From contig OZ316896.1 of the NCBI GenBank assembly GCA_973895155.1, positions 21,823,150-21,887,149 of the forward strand: DNA of 64,000 nt. The letters run 5' to 3'. Origin of the DNA: Marsupella aquatica (Eukaryota; Plantae; Marchantiophyta). Made by a program: the position numbers and the translations under genes. The notes beneath the pieces were generated by a model. That model was not told where the DNA came from. It did no database searches and worked only from the letters and a program-made list of their open reading frames with translations. Within the stretch, counting starts at the first letter, position 1. Every line of letters begins with the position of its first letter. Positions 51,085 to 63,800 of this stretch are shown here, one piece after another.

Positions 51085-51441
51085 GCCTAGCAAACGCAAA
51101 CCTGAAATGGGAGGACCGCATGCTCAACCCCCATGACGTGGTCAAGATCACTTTGTCCACATAAGGATTCTGAGGGACCCACTCCAGTCCATGAAGGATA
51201 CTGAAACTTCTTGCACAAGTGATCTCTCAATTTCATGTAAAACCAAAATGGACGGGGCACTTAATATATGAGCAGGTTGCAATTAAACTCTTAGAAGTGA
51301 CAGTCAACTTTGTAGTCTAGGACTTAAAAAGGCCCCTAAAAACACTATAATTTGTGATTGATCATGACCTGTTCCAAAAAGCGAAGCCATGGCTATAATT
51401 TCTCTCAAAACAAATCATATTTGATATTATAAAGGATTTTT

Positions 51442-51602
51442 GTGAGTAGGGTTGGGCATGGGAGTCTGGGAACCTTTGGTGTGATAGGCACTGATATTTG
51501 GGTAGGGTGAACAATACAACTAAAGTATGTGTGTGAGTAGGGTCAGGCATGGGACTCAGCCAGCCCTTAGTGTGCATGAGCATAGGTATTGGGGCTAGTA
51601 GG
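51442..51602. repeat. Dispersed repeat with internal duplication; homologous to ~31728-31803
   Basis: GTGAGTAGGGTYRGGCATGGGA occurs twice here, and AGCATAGGTWTTGGGGCTAG is shared with the 31.7-kb copy. Confidence 0.7.
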
Positions 51603-54600
51603 TCGGAGTAAAGTTGGGTCTCATCGACGTTACAACACTCAATATATATTGTAAAATACTCAATGATAGAGCGGAAGTTCTTCATATTATTTAAATCTTA
51701 TCTTCCTTAAGGAGGTAGTTTTTGAGGCATGAATTTTTTTTTATAATATTGATTGCATAAATATTTCAGATTGTCGTTACTTCTGACCTTCTTTCTGGCC
51801 AAAAGAGTCAATTTCCCTTCACCCTGCTCCCCTTTATCAGGCAAGGACTTGGCATGAGAGGTGGTTGAATGACTCTTGCATAAGAGGGGTTGTACATTTC
51901 CGTGCACTAAAAATCAATTTTGCAACCAAAAGTAATGGAAAACAGTACACGGAAGAGAGTGCCCGCTATTCATTCACTCCCTTTCTTGGAAAATTCATCT
52001 TTCTCGTGCTTGGTGGACTAATAGAAATACATAACTAGATAGGTATTTTCTCACTAAAGCTGCTGAGATTAATTGTCCTATCTAATGACACCTTAGTGCC
52101 ATCCAGGTTTGCCTGAAGTTTACAGAGTGCTTTTGAAACCTGACAAGATTTCTCTGGTTAAAATTTTAAAAATATTTGAAGTATCCTGGTGTAAACATTG
52201 ATTTTTCCAATTTGGAACACATTTCTAAAATTCAAAAAGTAATTCAAGATAAGAATATTTGCTTGCATTATTTATTGAATTTGAAGCGCCCAGGATCACA
52301 AGGCTGGTCTTTGAAACCTCCATGGACCACGTTTCCCAATTGTGATAACTTGATATTCATAATTGAATATTTTTTAGTTTTAGGGATATGCTAGAGCAGT
52401 AGGTAAAGCTACACTTTCCATCAAACTGACAAAAGTGGTTTTGGACATTTTGGTTGAAATTTTCATTGAAAAATGCAAAAGCGTTAGTTCCATCAAATCA
52501 ATTCTCATTGTACTCATATGAAATATATAGGCTTGTGTTTTTCTAAGTCTCCCCTTTCTCTAGTTGTTTTGCAGGTGCAAAACTAAAATCTATTCTAGTT
52601 TCCATAATCATCAAATTACGGGCGCTAAACTCTCATGGACCACCAAACTCTCATGGACCACCAAAATGTGATCCATTTTATCCATAGTGGTTTCATTTCC
52701 ATTATTTATTGGAATAAAATAATTAATATTTTGCACACATCCCTGTGTGAGGGAGCTTTAGGTCAATGGCTACTCCTGAGGTAAGGGATGACAAGTTGAC
52801 ATCCTACCCAGTTTGGTACATAAAAGGGGTCCACACGGTGTCAAAAACAAACTAGATTAAGGAGAGTAGTACAGATAGAAAGGTAACCTACAGGGGGACA
52901 AAATCCAATTGAAATGAATAGCAGTATGTATAAAGGTACTGCCACTTTAGACTAAGTCACGTGTCAACCCATAAAATCTTTCATGTAAAAATTATTTACT
53001 GACTTAGAAAGGCTAACAATGGATAGATTTACAGGTGAGCGGTCACTGGCCCCAAAGCAAAGAGGGGTGTATTTAGGTTATTAATATAAGTCAATAATGT
53101 TCTCGAGAAAGAAAACAAATATTCTATTCTATCCTCCCCAAATCTAGGGGATATTAACGGTTTAAATCACCACTGTTCATATAAACTAAAAGTGTTCTAT
53201 ATTTCTCATAGTTTTCTTTTCTAGTGTAAAACTTTATTTAACAATTAAAAAAAATACTTAAAATATTGAAACCTGGTGTACTTGTCATGGACAATGGCAC
53301 TTTAAGTGGCAGTTTGTCTATATTGATAAAAACATATTTACATTTAATTATTGTGGTGAGTTGGCTCAGGTCATTAAATGGTGCCCAATATTGTGCATTA
53401 CATTGCTCACAAAAGTGAAGATATGAGGGTGTACGTAATTACATGCATGAAAACTATTCACAATGCATAGATTCACATAAGCATAGAGTTTGCTCAACCT
53501 TACTCATGTCATGAAGCATAATCCAGCGGTAACAATCTTCATTGCGATAAGGTTTTAAGCTCAAGCTTCTAAAGGAGACCAGCTTTTGCACAAACCCCAT
53601 TGACAGGCTCGACCACATCAACAGCTGTGTAACAAAGACCTTTGGTACACTACAAACTTGACATTGAGAAAAATTGGAAGTCAATCTCTTATCACCTACA
53701 AGGAGACAGTCAGGTGAGAAGCATGGAAGAGTGGGCCCGAGAGGCTACACTAAATGAGTTTCCTAGGAACAGAATATGTTTGCTTTTAGTTGCCATAATT
53801 TTGACTGATAAAAATACTAAAGAAATGATATTTTGTGCCTGCCGGCAAAGTGGTGGGATGCCCTAGCCCCTAGATGTTGCAAGTAGGCCCTGGGCTAGAG
53901 AAATGTATCACAATATGGACATAGTCTAAATCCACCCATGCATGCGTGGGGCTTGTCAAAAACTTATCCTACATCATTATTGGGTTTCTTGTCTTTGGGA
54001 TCCTGTCTCCTTGTTTGGCACTCAGATTTGTCTTTAGCAGTGTGATAAAAGTAACAACTTTGGGTAGGCTGGGCGCAATGATTTGTTTTTCCTTGTTGCT
54101 CTTGGACGGTAAACATGCAGACAACTTGACATCAAGAGGAGTTTGTAAGAGAATTATTTTGTAGGCTAGATGACTACCTAGAGGATGATGTACTTCTATA
54201 TGTTTGTCACACTAAAAGTTTGATCCTTTAGCGGATTCTACCCTACGCCTAACATAAGTTTTGGGCAAGGAGGGGTGTGTTATCCATATTTATTTACAAA
54301 AACAATCACTAAGCGTTCATATCTAGATGTGTATACTTAACTTTGTGTTCCGCCAGAATATACCCATAGTCAATAGCTCGTGATCAACCCCGACTCAAGG
54401 ACGTCTAAGCCTCTGTAGAATACTCCTCTGATTTGGCTCCAAAGATGTGGGCATAAACCCAGGCTAGCAACCACTACTCACAACTTGCACCCTGTGAACC
54501 ATTCAGATAGTGCTCAAACATATTGTCAAACACATCTTGTTTGATAAAATAATACCTAACGTCAATGTGTTTCACTCTATTGTCAATCACCTGGTTCACA

Positions 54601-54655
54601 ACAAGGTAAAGTGCACTTTGAGTATTGCAATGGAGTTTCACACCCCAGTGACAAT

Positions 54656-54956
54656 CTCAGGGGTTTCACTTCAACAAAAATAACACATCATGTGCAACAA
54701 ATGATAGGGTCATTCTATTGGTTCAAAGGGAAGACTTAATAATTTTCTTAGAAGAACAACAGGGTCTTTTAAATCCAATTTTGAGACTTATAAGAACATT
54801 AGGGTCATCCTAATAAGTTTTTTGGAATATTCCAAGAATATTTTAATTTTATAGGGGTTGAACAAAATAATTTATTTCTTACATTTTGGGGGGTACGAGG
54901 CCTACAAATGTTGGAGGTGATGGGAAGGCCTCCATATATATAGTGAGACCCCCTAG
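54656..54956 (+). mobile_element. MITE-like element, family M copy C
   Basis: TIRs CTCAGGGGTTTCAC / GTGAGACCCCCTAG. Perfect 8-bp TSD GTGACAAT (54648-54655, 54957-54964). Confidence 0.85.
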
Positions 54957-55039
54957 GTGACAATCTCATCTCAATGATAAGTCTATCCATTCAATAAAAT
55001 TGCTTCCTTTGTTGCTTCCCCATTGCTTCCATTGCTGCA

Positions 55040-55400
55040 CACATGCTTTGCTTATGTATATAGTAGATTGAGCAATACAAATTTTCAAAGTAGTCCTCCA
55101 ACTTATCTATCCATCGACAAGTGTGAACACATACCCTATTGTTGATCTCCTCCGGTCCAAATCTTGTCCACAGCTAGTATCTACAAATTAGCCAATCAAT
55201 GGTCTAGCATTCTTTGCATTTGCATCAAACAAAAGATCATGATCCACATTACCCTTCAAGCTTCTCATAGTCCACTTCAATGCTTTCTAGTGTAGTTTCC
55301 ATGGATTTGACATGTACTTGCTCACCTTGCCCATAGCCATGGCAAGATCAAACTTAGTGCAAGTCATCAAATAGAAGAGGTCACTCATTCCACTCCTTAC
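55040..55400 (-). mobile_element. Degenerate Copia RT/RNase H remnant
   Basis: LFYLMTCTKFDLAMAMGKVSKYMSNPWKLH*KALKW, followed by DLDRRRSTIGYVFTL..ISW. Confidence 0.85.
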
Positions 55401-56635
55401 GGTACTTTTGCTGCAATGCCATAAACAAGGATTTGCAATCAGCATGGTCCGCCATTGCTTGATGTCATTTGGTGTAGGTAAAGCATCACGGTGCTCACAA
55501 TCTGCTCTTGCATGTCCTGCCAATCATCACTATTAATGTCGCTTGGTTGATACTTAGTAGCTTACCAAGATCAATTTCATTGTATACCCCTTTCACTTAT
55601 CGCTCCTACAACAAGTAATCTGTATGACCATTGTATTTCAAAACCTCAAACTTGAGACCGCCAAGCTTGGTTGTCCCCATCCTTCTTCTTGCCACTTACC
55701 GCAATACCAATAACCACAATTCTGCTAGCTCTTCCCTCGACCGCTCCAGTGACTCAATTGCTTTAGGGTCAAAGTCTTTGCCGACTATGGAACTCTCCAA
55801 AAAACTCATATGAGAAATCAAGAAAAAAATCATATTTTCCTAAACTTTTCCAAAAACTCAAAACTAATCACCACCATGTAGCCCACAAGGTTAGCTTCCA
55901 ACGCTGAAAACCAAAATCAAATTGAAACAAAATCCAACAAAATAAACTTACTAACTTTTCCGTAGAGGTGGGTAAAACCTTGACAACTACCCTATTTTGA
56001 CCATCTTAAGGAACAACTGAAAAGCAAAGTAGGACGGTCCAACATTGGAAATGCAATTTGGTTGGTGCAGTGCCTTGCTAACTCCATTGAACACAAAACT
56101 TAACACCATTGAATAGATAAAAAAAGTTAAGCATTCCATGATTCTTTCTTTGAGCCAAACATGACAATAAGAAATAAGGGTCAGGGATAAATAGGTGCCA
56201 TAGCTTGTCTAAAAAGCTTGAACATTTTTGTTGCACATCCTGTCACACTCGGTAAACAATCAATAACAAACCAGCTATCAAAACAATCAACTTACCTTGA
56301 ACTACAAGCAAAGCTACAACATGCAACGCCTTGTGCACTGCAAAGTTCACACAGTCAAGAAAACAAATTATGGTTCCTCTTTTGAAATCCATTGAACACA
56401 AAACTTAACAAAAAATTCCAAAACAACACAAATTTAATTCCTCCACACCACGGATAGCGATAAGTGATTTCTACGCACCTATATATAGAAAGCCCTTGCA
56501 CCAATCTTTATTTGCTCAGCCCATAACCTCCAAGTTCCATGTGATAAAACTCTAGAAAAACCACCAACCGTAAATGCTAGGAAAAACCATCAACAAAAAC
56601 CTATTGTCACCTTCCAAGCATGCTCTAATGCCAAT

Positions 56636-56910
56636 TGTTGAACAAATACATCATTCACAACAACAAGCCCATGATCATCCAATACATAATCAGTCAACAT
56701 ACTTTAGAGAGATATGTGGTTCACCTCAACTAAGGCTACATCCACAATTGCACACGAGAGCTTATTGCACTCTAGGCCTGTTGGCCATACCAAGTCTATG
56801 CAATACAAGATCTCCCCATCTCTCAACCAACCCCATAACCCCGTCCATAACAATGAGCCCGAGTTGCTGCTATCCAAGCAAACGCCACCCGAGATATAGC
56901 ATGCAACCTA
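56636..56910 (+). mobile_element. Truncated LTR copy of the 37702 family
   Basis: TGTTGAACAAA...GAGATATGTGGTTCACCTCAACTAAGGCTAC...TAACAATGAGCC...CTATCCAAGCAAAC matches the other copies. Confidence 0.75.
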
Positions 56911-56914
56911 TAAT

Positions 56915-57200
56915 AAAATCCAATGGATGCTGTGGTTTTGCCTGGGAATTGTTGAGACCATTCCTCGGCTATTCCCTACGTGCTTGCATGCTAACTATTG
57001 TTGGAAGTTACCAACTGCTGGCTGAATGGTGAATGCATAGGACCTGGTGTGAAGTGGTTGCTCAACTACACACTTGTCAAAGATCAAGTTTCAGAAATAC
57101 CCTCAGGTTTTATCTGATATATATCAAGTAATGTGGAATATATGGCGAGCACGGAAATGGCAGACCTTTGCACCAAGTAACCAACATGACTTTTCTCCAA
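56915..57200 (+). mobile_element. Probable LINE ORF2 C-terminal remnant
   Basis: VMWNIWRARKWQTF resembles the L1 C-terminal WxIWxxRNxxxF motif. Confidence 0.45.
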
Positions 57201-59119
57201 CATTCTTCTCTTGCTGAAGCCCTACATCACTTTTCTGCTGTTGGTGCAACTTCTCTCCCTAGGACTAGGTGTACAAGATTACTTACGGCTAAGAAGTGCT
57301 AGCAACAAAAAGAGCTCACCTGACGAGACTCGGTCCCTAAATTCTCTAGCTCTCCCTGAATTTGTGTCTAATTTTGGTGTACATTTCCGTTCACTGGCAG
57401 AATTGGGGGAATTCTTAATATTATGCCCCTGATCCAAGCTCCTTGCACTAAGAATGCTTTCTCCCTTGTACTTGGCACTAGTTTACGTGGCCCTTGCAGG
57501 TTGGATAGGGTTTCTGTCACCTGATAATTTTCTGGCTTCTCTAGCTTTTGCTTGCTGTAGCTAGACTTGCTTTCATTTGTAGATGAGGCTTTGAGGTCTA
57601 CCGGCACTTAATTTGAGACCACTTGTGAAGTGCTGTGGGGTGCTTGGGCTGCGGTCTTTTTGTAGGCCTGGGCTTTTGCTAGCTGTTCCTTTGTTTGCTT
57701 CCCTTGCCTCTTTTCATCCTTTGGATGCTGTTATGCTTATACTGGCCTGGGAGTTTTTGAATATGTGGGTTTCATGTGGAATAACATTCAGACTGAAAAA
57801 AATTGTTCCAGAGGGACTTGCCCTTATTCTTGTTGATGGTCTGGTGACTCATTTGCTCGCGCCTCTTTTGGCCCCCTCTGAGCATGCACACTTGGATTCA
57901 GTGCTGCTTGTTTCCCCGGCCCTCAATCAGGATTTACGAGGAATTAATATAAATATGAAAATTTCTCAAGGGTAACTAGGTGCCCATAAATAAAAATGAT
58001 TACTTGCAAAAGTATGGAAGGAGACTTTACAACACGTACTTGAATAAGCTTAACTGAATCTTCCAAAACAAGCTCTGTTGACCCCCATGACCCCCCAAAA
58101 TAAGCATTGATCTGCATTGTCCAATGTTTTGGGATTGTCAAGAATAGAAACTGGATTTATAATAGACGAGCCAGTGCCTGTGCGTTGCACGGCTCAAGGA
58201 GGGTTGGCCCATAGGGAGCTGGGCCGGGGCATATATGAGGCAGCATGGGGTGGGGTGTGGGGAAGCACGTATGCGCCAGGAGTGCTCATTTCCTCCATCA
58301 ATGGTCAGGGAAAGCAACCAAATGAATCCAACGGCTGTGGATCTTTCCCGCCCAGCCGGCCAGGATCTTTTTCGTATTGGGACAAAGGACAAAAAAACAC
58401 GGGATCACTTATTATAGTTGTAGATTTCTCAATTGATCGGATGGTTCTTGTTGGATTCACAACTAAGAGTTTTTTGATAAATAGCACTGGTGACAAGTTG
58501 ACAAATTAGCTGTTGAAACCCTGGCAGTGGTACACATCCACGCCTCATAGAAGATTGGTAAATTAGACAGGTTTAGGGGATAGGATAGCAGGAAACAGTT
58601 CCCAAGAATACTCTTTCTTCTCCAACCTCCATGGTTTTGCATTAATATGATAGGTGAGTAGAACGGTAGAGTACTACAATCTCTCCCAATGGTCCCCAAA
58701 ATAATTAGTTAATGCTTGAAGACGTACTTACCCACTTTGGCAAAAGAAGGTGTCAGTTGGACAAAATATGACAGGCAATGGATGCACTCAAAAAAATGTG
58801 GGAGTATGACACTCTTCAGAATGACATCTACAATCACACTGGGTAATCAAAGTCTCTTATTGAGTAGGGAGGGTTGGGGCCTATTTTAATTTTTAATTTT
58901 TAGGGGAAATACGTGAAACCCCATAGAAAGGGAACAGTCAGTCAAAACATTTGAACATTAGACCTATGATTCTCACCTCAATTGAGCTACCACATAGCCA
59001 TGCTTCTCTCGGGAGGAGGGTTGGGGCTTTAAGGGGGTTTCACAAGAACTCAATGGTTGCAGTTGCCCCCCCTATGCGTCAGATGCAATTCTAGCCATTT
59101 AGACGTGGCTGGCCAAACT

Positions 59120-59345
59120 CCTATTTACACCAACTTAGGGGCACTATGAAGCCAAACCATTACCAATCTTAGTCATCTGCCAGTGAGCCCCTTGTGTGTC
59201 CATTTTTTGGTCAAAAACTTAGATCTCTTGAGGTGGTCTAAAAGAATGGACCAAACTGCTTTTTCTATTCAGTGTCTTTGCCTGTATTATTATTTCAAGA
59301 TCTGAAAACACATTTTGGCTCAGGCATTTAAACATAGTGTAAGAA
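59120..59345. repeat. Third copy of the 40.3-40.9 kb repeat family
   Basis: CTCTTGAGGTGGTCTAAAAGAATGGA is identical to ~40473, and the flanking blocks are similar. Confidence 0.8.
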
Positions 59346-59729
59346 ACTTTGCCTCTACTGAACTGTCTCCACTGTCATGTAAAGCCCCCCTTAGCCAAAG
59401 GAGACCACCAGCAATTTTGTTGGTATTGAAAATGATCTTCATCACTTTTGGCAAATTAATGGGGAATTTCTGTCTTCCATTAGACAATTTCCCACCTGGC
59501 GAACCCCACCCCATTATAGACAGAATATTATGGCAATATAGAAATCTAGGGCCATCTGACAGTCAGAAATTAATGTAGGAAAATATGATAATGAATATTC
59601 AGAGCATCTTCTCTTTCACACAAGGTGACATTAGTCATCCTAGCAAAAGAGAGAGGGAAAACACCAGAGACCAATTGAGGCACTGGCTGATCAAGTCACA
59701 AAGGCACAATGACAACAATGTGAGATAAT

Positions 59730-59856
59730 GCTGGATGAGATAACTCCCACTACTGCCCACATTGATGGTAGTGCTGGGTGACATGACTCCCACCAGTGCC
59801 CAAAGTGATGTTAGTGCTAGGTGAGATAATTCCCACCAGTGTCCAAAGTGACTAGT
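59730..59856. repeat. Three 43-bp tandem units (minisatellite)
   Basis: GCTRGRTGASATRAYTCCCACYASTGYCCAMAKTGA occurs three times. Confidence 0.85.
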
Positions 59857-60549
59857 CTCTTTTGACACAAGTGACGGGCCCAGGTTCCTCCCCTGACAGT
59901 GTACCCCGAGCTATGTCAACGCAAGATTCGACGGCCGAGATATCCTAGAATCGATCTCAGTCGTTGTACAAGGATGGTGGGCAGCTAGGGCCACTCCCTC
60001 CCTCTCCCAAATCTGGAGCTTAGGGAGTGGCATGCCAGGCTAAAAGGCCCAGGAGACACATTTCCCAATAGTGGAGGCCTCTGGGGAAATATTTTTGGCT
60101 CCCAACTGGTCTGTTTGGCTGACCAGTGGGAGTGCTCTGACACTGGCAACAAAGCAAGTCAACTCCATCTAGCAAGCGTTTTGCCACTGGTTTCTAGTGT
60201 TGGGTGGATACTGACAGTGACACATTGAGATTGGCTCAAATACCAAGAGAACGGATTTTTTCTTCACTTTTTAATGTAAATTTTGCATATATTTGTCACA
60301 CCTTACAAGGCTGGTGAGATTACCCCGAAAACAAAAAGCATCTGAGATCAAGACTGAGTTTGAGAGAATACATAAAATACACAAAGTTATGAATACCCTT
60401 GCCAAATGTCATCAAGCACTATGGTAGATTAGCTTACGACCAGCCATGCAAAATGTAGGGTGCTTTGCCAAACTGTGGACGAGATGTCAAATTACGTGAA
60501 GTTGTTGTCATTCTGTACAACTCAGCATAGCAACACAGGCACTGGTGTG

Positions 60550-60865
60550 GCCTTGAGGAATTGTTTCCTGAGCAATTTCGCAATGCATATTGTGTCGATT
60601 CACGACTTCAACAAAAACTGAGAAACCACTGTTCTTTGGAAGTCAGCAGATTCTACCCCTGACTCAGGGTTGAGGACGTGCTTGTACAATGTGAATATCC
60701 GAATGCTGAAGCCTTGAGGAATTGTTTCCTGAACAAATTGGCAATGCATTGTGTGTCGCACCATGACTTCTACAAAACTGGGTACTTCCTGTTTTCTGGA
60801 AGTCATCAGATTCCACCACCCACTTAAGGCTGAGGGCGTGCTTGTACAATGTAAATATCCGAATC
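60550..60865 (-). repeat. ~161-bp tandem duplication of the last PWD codons and proximal 3' UTR
   Basis: GCCTTGAGGAATTGTTTCCTGA occurs at 60550 and 60711. The downstream copy re-encodes [12 protein letters not shown] at ~60664-60702. Confidence 0.92.
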
Positions 60866-63800
60866 TACAACACAGCCTTCTATGTCCTGAGGGCAGCCAA
60901 ACTTTTGCTCTAAGAAGAACCCAATTGTGGCAAGTCGTTGGCCAATGAATGACCGGAAGGCTGGGTCAACTGACAACTGTTTCTTGCTGTAGTCTGCAGT
61001 TTGTGGAATGACTTTGCCATCAGCTGATTCTCCTGTTTGGACAGCAAGCTCCTCGCTGAAGTTGGCAAAAGCAAGTGTCTTCACAGTGCCGGTAAATTTG
61101 TTTGCAGCCAGACGCCAAGGAGACCCTCTCGTGCCTGAGGCAAGGGTCTCACCAAGGCCAGCAGCTATTTCGGCCTGGACTACGTTTTTGTCATGATCGA
61201 TGGGGCTCACGGTGTGGAGGACAAAACTGAGGTCAGGTGCAAGAAGCTCCTGCACCAAGATTGCCATGGCAGCCTCCTTCTGAGAGACTCCTCCCACTCT
61301 TCTGCTCAGCACCGCCCGCCGTGTGTAGAGGGAGCCCCACACTTCAGCCACAGCTTTACCGAACGTTTCCGGATCTGAGGGGTTCACATTCGGAATGGAG
61401 TCGTAAAGCCCCGCACCGGACATTCCTGCTAGATCTTCTACATTGGCACTAGATCGAACAATAAGTCTTGCATTGGGATCAAAATTGGAGGCAATGGCGT
61501 CGACCACCGATTTCGCTGGTCTGAGGCTCGAAACCAATTCTCGGAGCTTGGTGCAGACTTGGTCGAGTGCACCCCCCTCCACTTGGGCAGTCTCAGTTTG
61601 TTCCAGAAGAGATTGATATTCTGCAGTTCTTCCGCTCGCTTCAAGGGCTTCATCCATAGCTCCAAATGGAATCACTTGACCATTGGGCACTTTAAAGGTT
61701 GCTGGTACGCCCTGATCATTTGCAACTGCAGACCCAAAATAGGCTTAGTTCAAGATCTCTTTGACTCAAAAATCCAATGCTCATGTGGAGGCCACAAAGA
61801 GAAAACAAGACCGGAAGTAGGTTAAACGGAGACGATCTATTAACCAATTAATACCTTTCTGTGATACTTCCGCCAGGACAGCAAGCTCTCCACAAGCAGC
61901 TGCTTTCGATCCAGTTTTCTCCACATCTGCATTTGACAAATCCAACACGACGCCTGGGGGACTTTTCTTTACCTATAGAGCAAAGAAAATCAATCAACGT
62001 TCCGAGTTAGATTTTGGCAAATGACGTGTTACAATCGGTGGGATTCAAAGAAACCTGTCCTCCCTATCCCTCCACATGCTATGTCACTAATTTCGTAATA
62101 TTCTTCACTTGAGACAGTACCGTGCTGGAGTGAACTGCACTTGGCTTGGTCAATGTTGCAACTGCTCCTCCCTCAGATCCATTGCTGCCCTCCTCTTTCT
62201 CCTTGACTGCATCTTTGGACGCTACTCCAGCCAGCTCTGTGGGGAAAGTTCCATCATGTACAGCAACAGAAGCTCCTTCTGACGATGCATCTAACCTGTC
62301 AACACAGAAACATTTACCAACAGCGTCAAATGCTATATCAGATCGAGATCGGATGCCAATCAAGGGTAATCAATCACTTCACGTTCTCTCCCATGGTAAC
62401 GTTAGTGTACACTTGTTATGTCTTGACCATGCTCTGTACAGATCGTGACCTCACAACAATCAAACAAAAGTTTTCTCGTTCCTATCTTGCTTTCCATACG
62501 AGAAAACTATCTTAGGCAGGCTTACGAAAGTGGCAAAGTCCCAATGCTGAGAACATGTAATGGATTACTCTTCAACAAAGTTTTATTCAGTCATGGAGAA
62601 AGGGACTCAGCTTACCGTACTATCTTGCCCAAGAGTGCACGCAAGTCCGCAACCTTTTCTTCATCATCAAGTGTGACAAATACTACTTTTTCCTGCGCAT
62701 TGTCGTAAAAACAACCTGTGAATATGAGGCTGAAGGAGTTTGAAGATTCTGCGTTCAATACTCTCATCTATACATTATCATTTTGGAGCGAAGGGACAAG
62801 TTTGCACCTGTCGAGCTCTCACTCCAAGATGAGACAAATGCGGTAGCTCATGCTGTAGAATCACCCCAGCAACATTTGGGCCAGCTGCCTTCACCTGAAT
62901 TCAATGGACACATCAGAGGACTTTAACATTATATATTTTTCCCACTTAAGGACCAAAAAGCGATCAACTTGGGCAATCAGTAGAATAGAAATGAAAAATC
63001 TTGGCCAAAAGACAAAGAGCGTGCCTTCACAAAATTTTACGGCTGACATATTTCACATCTCTAGGTGGAGCTATTCGTGATAAATACCTCTTCATCTCCA
63101 TCAGCCTCCTTCACAAGTAGGACAACAGGCCCACCTGAAGATGATGGCAGCGATCCCGGTTCTATTCTATCAACCTGCCAAATTCAAAAGAAGACTTCTG
63201 GTTGGCATGTTTAAGCATATACCATGACTCCCTCCAATACATTCGCTTTCCCAGTTTGTACTGAGCTAGATTTGGCACATGCCCATAAAAACCACTTGAT
63301 AGTACATCTCTTATTTTACAGCAAATCTTTTTGTTGCGACTTCTTGGTTTTAAAGTTTACAAATGCTGAGCATTGCACATCCTTTCAATAGGTCTTACCT
63401 CTACCAATGTCCCAATAGCCTGTCCAGGCATAAGGGCATCCCAACCTTCTGAGCCAGACACATCCCTGGTTGCTTTAAGTAGAAGGGAAACGAGCTTTGA
63501 TAGCTGGAACACCACACTGCATTAACAAAACCCCAGCCGAAGAATGTTAAATATCAACCGATCGGTACACAAGAGCACGCAAGAGCACGCGCATGAGATC
63601 AAGCTGTCTGAATAAACTTCTGGATTCATCGAGGAAAGAGGAGAAGTTTGTCAGCATATGGCCAAATAACGATGGAGTCTTCTACGCTCACATAATGATA
63701 GTACTTTACCTCGCTCGGATTTCTGCTTCTGTATATGTTTTCACTGAATTTTCAGGGATCCCAAACGCATTTCCTAGTTTCTGCAGTACACACCAAATAG

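Noticed and set aside
57200-58800. Possible LINE ORF1 or host gene fragment (similar weak hints at 38130-38620 and 50220-50790)
   Set aside because: Too degenerate to assign a motif with confidence by eye.
58949-58999. tRNA/SINE-like TAGCTCAATTG...GTTCAAAT on the minus strand
   Set aside because: The A-B box spacing is too short, and no tail or TSD was found.
59730-59856. CRISPR-like array
   Set aside because: The units are contiguous degenerate tandem repeats without unique spacers, there are no cas genes, and the context is eukaryotic.
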